Positions 27,395 through 32,000 of a stretch of DNA of 32,000 nucleotides are shown here, piece after piece. The notes below the pieces were generated by a model. The model saw only the letters and a list, made by a program, of their open reading frames with translations. It was not told where the DNA came from and searched no databases. This DNA is from Paludibacteraceae bacterium. Its GTDB lineage: Bacteria > Bacteroidota > Bacteroidia > Bacteroidales > Paludibacteraceae. The position numbers and the translations under genes are program-made. Each line of letters begins with the position of its first letter. The first letter of the stretch is position 1. The stretch is taken from positions 630-32,629 of the forward strand of contig JAGBVI010000070.1 in the NCBI GenBank assembly GCA_017630395.1, given 5' to 3'.

Positions 27395-29857
27395 ATGAAT
27401 ATTTCGTATAATTGGTTAAAAAGGTACATTGCTTTGGATTTGGAGCCAGAGGCAGTTTCAAAGATTTTGACATCCATTGGTTTGGAAGTGGGTGGCGTAG
27501 AAGAGGTTGAAACCATCAAGGGGGGCTTACAAGGGTTAGTTGTTGGTGCTGTTGTTGAAGCAGAGAATCACCCTAATTCTGATCACCTTCATGTTGCAAA
27601 AGTTGACGTTGGCAGTGGTGAGTTATTGCAAATTGTTTGTGGTGCTCCTAATTGTCGTGCGGGAATTAAGACTATCGTGGCTACCATTGGTACTAAATTA
27701 TATGATGGAGATGAATCGTTTACCATTAAACGTTCTAAGTTGAGAGGTGTTGAGTCTTGTGGTATGTTGTGTGCTGAAGATGAAATCGGAGTAGGTGCAA
27801 GTCATGATGGAATTATTGAATTGCCTGCTGATGCTGTAGTGGGGACATTAGCGAAAGATTATTATAAGGTGGAGAGTGATTATTTGTTTGAGGTGGATAT
27901 TACGCCTAATCGTATTGATGCTGCTTCTCACTTCGGTGTTGCTCGAGACTTAGCTGCTTATTTCTCTTTACGAGGAGGAAAGTATCCTTTGATTAAACCG
28001 GATGTCTCTTCTTTTAAAGTGGATAATAACAACACTCCTGTAAAGGTTACTATTGAAAATGTAGATGCGTGTCCTCGTTATTCCGGTGTTACGATTTCCG
28101 GTGTCTCTGTTCATGAGTCTCCGGATTGGTTGAAGAATGCTTTGCGTACAATTGGTGTTCGTCCGATTAATAATGTTGTGGATGTTACCAATTATGTTCT
28201 TCATGCGATGGGACAGCCTTTACATGCTTTTGATTTAGCTAAAGTCAGTGGTAATCACATCATTGTTAAAAATCTGCCTGAAGGAACAAAGTTTACAACT
28301 TTAGACGGGGTAGAACGCACTTTAAGTGCTGATGATTTGATGATTTGTGATGAAATGGGTGGCGCTTGTATTGCCGGTGTTTTTGGTGGCTTGAATTCAG
28401 GTGTTACAGAAGAGACTAAAGACGTATTTTTGGAGAGTGCTTATTTTAATCCGGTTTCTGTTAGGAAAACAGCTCGTCGTCATGGATTAAATACTGATGC
28501 ATCTTTCCGTTTTGAAAGGGGTTGTGATCCTAATAATACCCTCTATATTTTGAAGTTTGCTTCTCTTTTGATTAAAGAGGTTGCCGGAGGTACAATTTCT
28601 AGTGAAGTGTTTGATAATTATCCGGTTGCTGTTGAACCGTTTAAGGTTGATTTGTCTTTCTCTAAAATCAATTCTTTGATTGGGAAAGAGATTACTCCGT
28701 CGGAGGTATTAACAATTTTAAAAGGTTTAGAAATCGATGTATTGAAACAAGAAGGTGACCTCTTATCATTGTCTGTTCCTTCATATCGTGTGGATGTGCA
28801 ACGTGATGTGGATGTTATTGAGGATATTTTAAGGATTTATGGGTATGATAATGTGGAAGCTGGTTCTTCTTTGAAATCTTCTATTGCTTATTCTGTTAAT
28901 CCTAATAGTGTAAAATTGCAAGAATTAGCTTCTAATCACTTGTCCGGAGCCGGATTTCACGAAATATTGAATAACTCTTTGACTAAGGTCTCTTATTATG
29001 CGGAGGGTAAAGCTTTCCCTGCTGCTTCTGCTGTGAATATAATGAATCCTTTGAGTGCCGATTTGGGCTGTTTAAGACAAACTTTGTTGTTTGGCGGATT
29101 GGAGAGTATTGCGTATAATGCGAATAGAAAAAGTGCTGACTTGAAGTTCTATGAGTTTGGTAATTGTTATCGTTTTGATGCAGAAAAGGAATCTACGGAT
29201 GAAAATCCTTTGAAACCGTACTCTGAGGATTATCATTTGGCTTTGTGGATTACCGGTAATAAATCTGCTGCGAATTGGAGTGTTTCGCAAGAAAAATCAA
29301 GTTTTTACCAGTTGAGAGCATACGTGGATAATGTTTTGACTAAGTTAGGCGTAAATTTAGATACTTTGGTTGTTGAGTCTTATTCTGATGATTTGTTGGA
29401 GGATGGTCTTCGTTATGTTTCTCGTCGGGGAAAAGTTTTGACTACTATTGGTATTGTTTCAAGAGGATTGCAGAAGAAGTTTGGTATTGATAATCAAATC
29501 TATTTCGCAGATATTGTTTGGACTGATATGTTGAAAGAATTGAAGGGTCATAAGGTTTCTTATTCTGAAATTTCTAAGTATCCTGAAGTTAAACGTGATT
29601 TGGCATTATTGATTGATAAGGGTGTTTCTTTTGCGGACATTGTAAAGGTTGCGAAAGAGACGGAGCGTAAGTTGTTGAAAGATGTCTATTTGTTTGATGT
29701 TTATGAAGGTGCTAATTTATTGACTGGAAAGAAATCTTATGCGGTAAGTTTTATCCTTCAAGATGAAAATAAAACTCTAACAGATGTTCAAATTGATGCA
29801 ATTATGAACAAGTTGATTAAAAACTTTGACGAAAAGTTGGATGCGAAGATTCGCTAA
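27395..29857 (+). CDS. pheT: Phenylalanine--tRNA ligase beta subunit
   Basis: MNISYNWLKRYIALDLEPEAVSKILTSIGLEVGGVEE, a tRNA-binding (OB) domain, B3/4 and B5 domains, and a C-terminal FDX-ACB domain (EVKRDLALLID...SYAVSFILQD). 820 aa. Confidence 0.97.
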   Translation: MNISYNWLKRYIALDLEPEAVSKILTSIGLEVGGVEEVETIKGGLQGLVVGAVVEAENHPNSDHLHVAKVDVGSGELLQIVCGAPNCRAGIKTIVATIGTKLYDGDESFTIKRSKLRGVESCGMLCAEDEIGVGASHDGIIELPADAVVGTLAKDYYKVESDYLFEVDITPNRIDAASHFGVARDLAAYFSLRGGKYPLIKPDVSSFKVDNNNTPVKVTIENVDACPRYSGVTISGVSVHESPDWLKNALRTIGVRPINNVVDVTNYVLHAMGQPLHAFDLAKVSGNHIIVKNLPEGTKFTTLDGVERTLSADDLMICDEMGGACIAGVFGGLNSGVTEETKDVFLESAYFNPVSVRKTARRHGLNTDASFRFERGCDPNNTLYILKFASLLIKEVAGGTISSEVFDNYPVAVEPFKVDLSFSKINSLIGKEITPSEVLTILKGLEIDVLKQEGDLLSLSVPSYRVDVQRDVDVIEDILRIYGYDNVEAGSSLKSSIAYSVNPNSVKLQELASNHLSGAGFHEILNNSLTKVSYYAEGKAFPAASAVNIMNPLSADLGCLRQTLLFGGLESIAYNANRKSADLKFYEFGNCYRFDAEKESTDENPLKPYSEDYHLALWITGNKSAANWSVSQEKSSFYQLRAYVDNVLTKLGVNLDTLVVESYSDDLLEDGLRYVSRRGKVLTTIGIVSRGLQKKFGIDNQIYFADIVWTDMLKELKGHKVSYSEISKYPEVKRDLALLIDKGVSFADIVKVAKETERKLLKDVYLFDVYEGANLLTGKKSYAVSFILQDENKTLTDVQIDAIMNKLIKNFDEKLDAKIR

Positions 29858-29896
29858 TTTAATACGGTGAATTTATAGAACTCACTTAATATAAAT

Positions 29897-29939
29897 AAAA
29901 TGCGTCAAAGAGAAGTTATATTCAGCTTTGACGCATTTT
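29897..29939. terminator. Bidirectional rho-independent terminator between convergent pheT and tex
   Basis: 14-bp perfect stem AAAATGCGTCAAAG (29897-29910) pairing with CTTTGACGCATTTT (29926-29939), with a 15-nt loop. T-runs follow the hairpin on both strands. Confidence 0.8.
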
Positions 29940-29967
29940 TTGTTTATTGGATTTTTTATTTATAGGG

Positions 29968-32000
29968 TTATATAAGCATTGTTAGTTGAATTCTTTTTCG
30001 TGCAATATCTACCTCCAATACTTTTACGTTGACATGTTGGTGTAGGGCCACCACTTCCGATGGACTATTGATGAAGTGGTCTGCCATCTGTGATATATGT
30101 ACCAAGCCATTCTCCTTTACCCCAATATCTACAAACGCTCCAAAATTGGTTACATTGGTAACTATGCCGGGATAGGTTACTCCTATTTTTACATCCTCAA
30201 TGGTTCTAATAGTAGGGTCAAATTCAAATACTTTAATTGCCTTTCGTCTATCTAGTCCGGGTTTATCCAACTCTTCCATGATGTCTTTTAAGGTTGGAAG
30301 TCCTATCGTTTCTGTGATATACTTTTCGGGAGTAATCTTTTTTCTAAGCTCTTTGTTGGAAATAAGTTCCTCAACAGTACTTCCTAAATCTTTAGCCATT
30401 TTCTTGACAATTCCATAGCTTTCCGGATGTACGGCTGTGTTGTCTAAAGGGTTATTACCATTGCTTATTCGCAGGAACCCGGCGCATTGTTCGTATGCTT
30501 TTGAACCTAATCGAGCTACTTTTTTTAACTCCTCTCGATTATAAAATGCACCGTTTTCGGCTCTGTAATCAACGATATTTTGAGCCAATTGAGGTCCTAA
30601 CCCGGATATATATGTGAGCAGGTGTTTGCTGGCTGTATTTAAATTGACTCCTACTAAGTTTACGCAGTTAATCACAGTTTGGTCTAAAGAGCGTTTCAAT
30701 TTGCCTTGATCGACATCGTGTTGATATTGTCCGACTCCAATTGATTTTGCATCAATTTTTACCAATTCAGCCAATGGATCCATCAAACGACGGCCAATAG
30801 ATACTGCTCCACGAACGGTAACGTCATAGTTGGGAAACTCTTCTCTTGCAATTGGGGAAGCAGAATAGATGGAGGCGCCGTTTTCACTCACTACAAACAC
30901 CTGCACTTTACGATCGAAACGAATGCTTTGGATAAATTGTTCGGTTTCTCGGCTAGCGGTTCCGTTACCAATTGATATAGCTTCGATTTGATACGTTTCA
31001 ACCAAATGAGAGATCTTAGACATGGCTTTTGTCCGTTCATTTTGTGGAGGGTGAGGGTAGATGGTCTCGTTGTGTAAAAGATTCCCTTGGGCATCCAAAC
31101 AAACTACCTTACAGCCTGTTCTGTATCCCGGATCAATTGCAAGAACTCTTTTTTCGCCCAGTGGTGATGCCATTAACAATTGTTTTAAGTTTTCTGCAAA
31201 CACCTTAATAGCCTCATCGTCAGCTTTTTCTTTACTACTTGTGGTAAACTCACTCTCCATAGAGGGTTTTATTAAGCGTTTGTATCCATCTTTTACAGCC
31301 TCTTCCACAATTTGTGATGAACGGGTTCTTCCTTTAACGAAAAGGGGATTTATTCGATCAATATTTCTTTCATCATCAGAGGAGATTGTAACTCGTAAAA
31401 ATCCTTCAGATTCACCTCGTCTCATCGCTAATAGTCGGTGCGAACTACATCTTTTCAGAGGCTCAGATAATTCAAAATAGTCTTTATATTTCTCTCCCTC
31501 TTTTTCTTTTCCTTTAACGACTTTGGAGGTTATGATAGCATCTCTGTTGTAGTTTTGCCTGATGCGTTCACGGGCAACTTCGTTTTCACTGATCCATTCT
31601 GCGATAATTTCAGATGCACCTTGTAGTGCATCTTCCACATCTTTTACATCTCCTTTTACAAAGGCGAGTGCTTTGCTATCGGGTTCTTTTTCGTCTTGTT
31701 TGAAAATGATTTGAGCCAAAGGTTCTAACCCTTTCTCTCTTGCTATTTCGGCTTTGGTGCGACGTTTGGGTTTGAATGGTAAGTAGATATCTTCTAACTC
31801 AATTAAATTGCAACAGTCGCTAATTTTTTTCTTCAGTGGATCACTAAGTTTCCCTTGCTCTTCAATGCTTTTTAGTACTGTTTGTTTCCTTTTTTCTAAC
31901 TCTGTCAGTTTTTCATATTGCAATTGAATTTCTTGGATTTGAACCTCATTCAACTCTCCGGTTCGCTCTTTTCTATATCGACTGATAAAAGGGATAGTAG
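29968..32000 (-). CDS. tex: Tex-like transcription accessory protein (YqgF/RuvC-like, HhH and C-terminal S1 domains). The N-terminus lies beyond the right edge.
   Basis: The C-terminal S1 domain reads GVTYPGIVTNVTNFGAFVDIGVKENGLVHISQMAD. The YqgF-like core reads VLAIDPGYRTGCKVVCLD. The ORF-track start at 31953 is a TTG. The frame stays open to 32000 and reads ..TIPFISRYRKERTGELNEVQI, which matches the conserved Tex N-terminal PFIARYRKE motif. Confidence 0.92.
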   Translation of the reverse strand, partial: TIPFISRYRKERTGELNEVQIQEIQLQYEKLTELEKRKQTVLKSIEEQGKLSDPLKKKISDCCNLIELEDIYLPFKPKRRTKAEIAREKGLEPLAQIIFKQDEKEPDSKALAFVKGDVKDVEDALQGASEIIAEWISENEVARERIRQNYNRDAIITSKVVKGKEKEGEKYKDYFELSEPLKRCSSHRLLAMRRGESEGFLRVTISSDDERNIDRINPLFVKGRTRSSQIVEEAVKDGYKRLIKPSMESEFTTSSKEKADDEAIKVFAENLKQLLMASPLGEKRVLAIDPGYRTGCKVVCLDAQGNLLHNETIYPHPPQNERTKAMSKISHLVETYQIEAISIGNGTASRETEQFIQSIRFDRKVQVFVVSENGASIYSASPIAREEFPNYDVTVRGAVSIGRRLMDPLAELVKIDAKSIGVGQYQHDVDQGKLKRSLDQTVINCVNLVGVNLNTASKHLLTYISGLGPQLAQNIVDYRAENGAFYNREELKKVARLGSKAYEQCAGFLRISNGNNPLDNTAVHPESYGIVKKMAKDLGSTVEELISNKELRKKITPEKYITETIGLPTLKDIMEELDKPGLDRRKAIKVFEFDPTIRTIEDVKIGVTYPGIVTNVTNFGAFVDIGVKENGLVHISQMADHFINSPSEVVALHQHVNVKVLEVDIARKRIQLTMLI

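Overview
The window looks like core chromosome from an AT-rich Bacteroidota (probably Bacteroidales) genome. Three things support this: Bacteroides-type TAnnTTTG promoter boxes in front of many genes, two proteins with type IX secretion (T9SS) C-terminal sorting domains, and the Bacteroidetes-style F-ATPase operon order. I support 27 protein-coding features, almost all on the minus strand. From left to right they are:
- a redox operon (Dabb, DsbD, nitroreductase)
- a two-gene metal module (CDF efflux protein plus Fur-family regulator)
- a secreted HExxH protein followed by a frameshifted maa acetyltransferase
- a 0.8-kb gene-poor spacer
- a 999-aa CotH/LTD T9SS cargo protein
- the Na+-pumping oxaloacetate decarboxylase genes oadGAB
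- an MgtC/DUF4010 membrane protein
- the GTPase genes era and der
- a complete F1Fo ATP synthase operon (atpD-atpC-atpI-like-atpB-atpE-atpF-atpH-atpA-atpG)
- a PepSY-like protein and a second Fur-family regulator
- pheT
- a Tex-like gene that runs off the right edge

I found no rRNA, tRNA, CRISPR array, transposase, integrase or recognisable defence genes. I do not see a convincing novel multi-gene system. The leads most worth a second look are the repeat- and palindrome-dense orphan spacer at 7134-7956, the CDF transporter without a cytoplasmic domain paired with a Cys-rich Fur homologue, the G5-tract frameshift in maa, the epsilon subunit without a C-terminal domain, and the exported CotH kinase-like protein. 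All family assignments come from reading motifs in the supplied translations, not from database searches.
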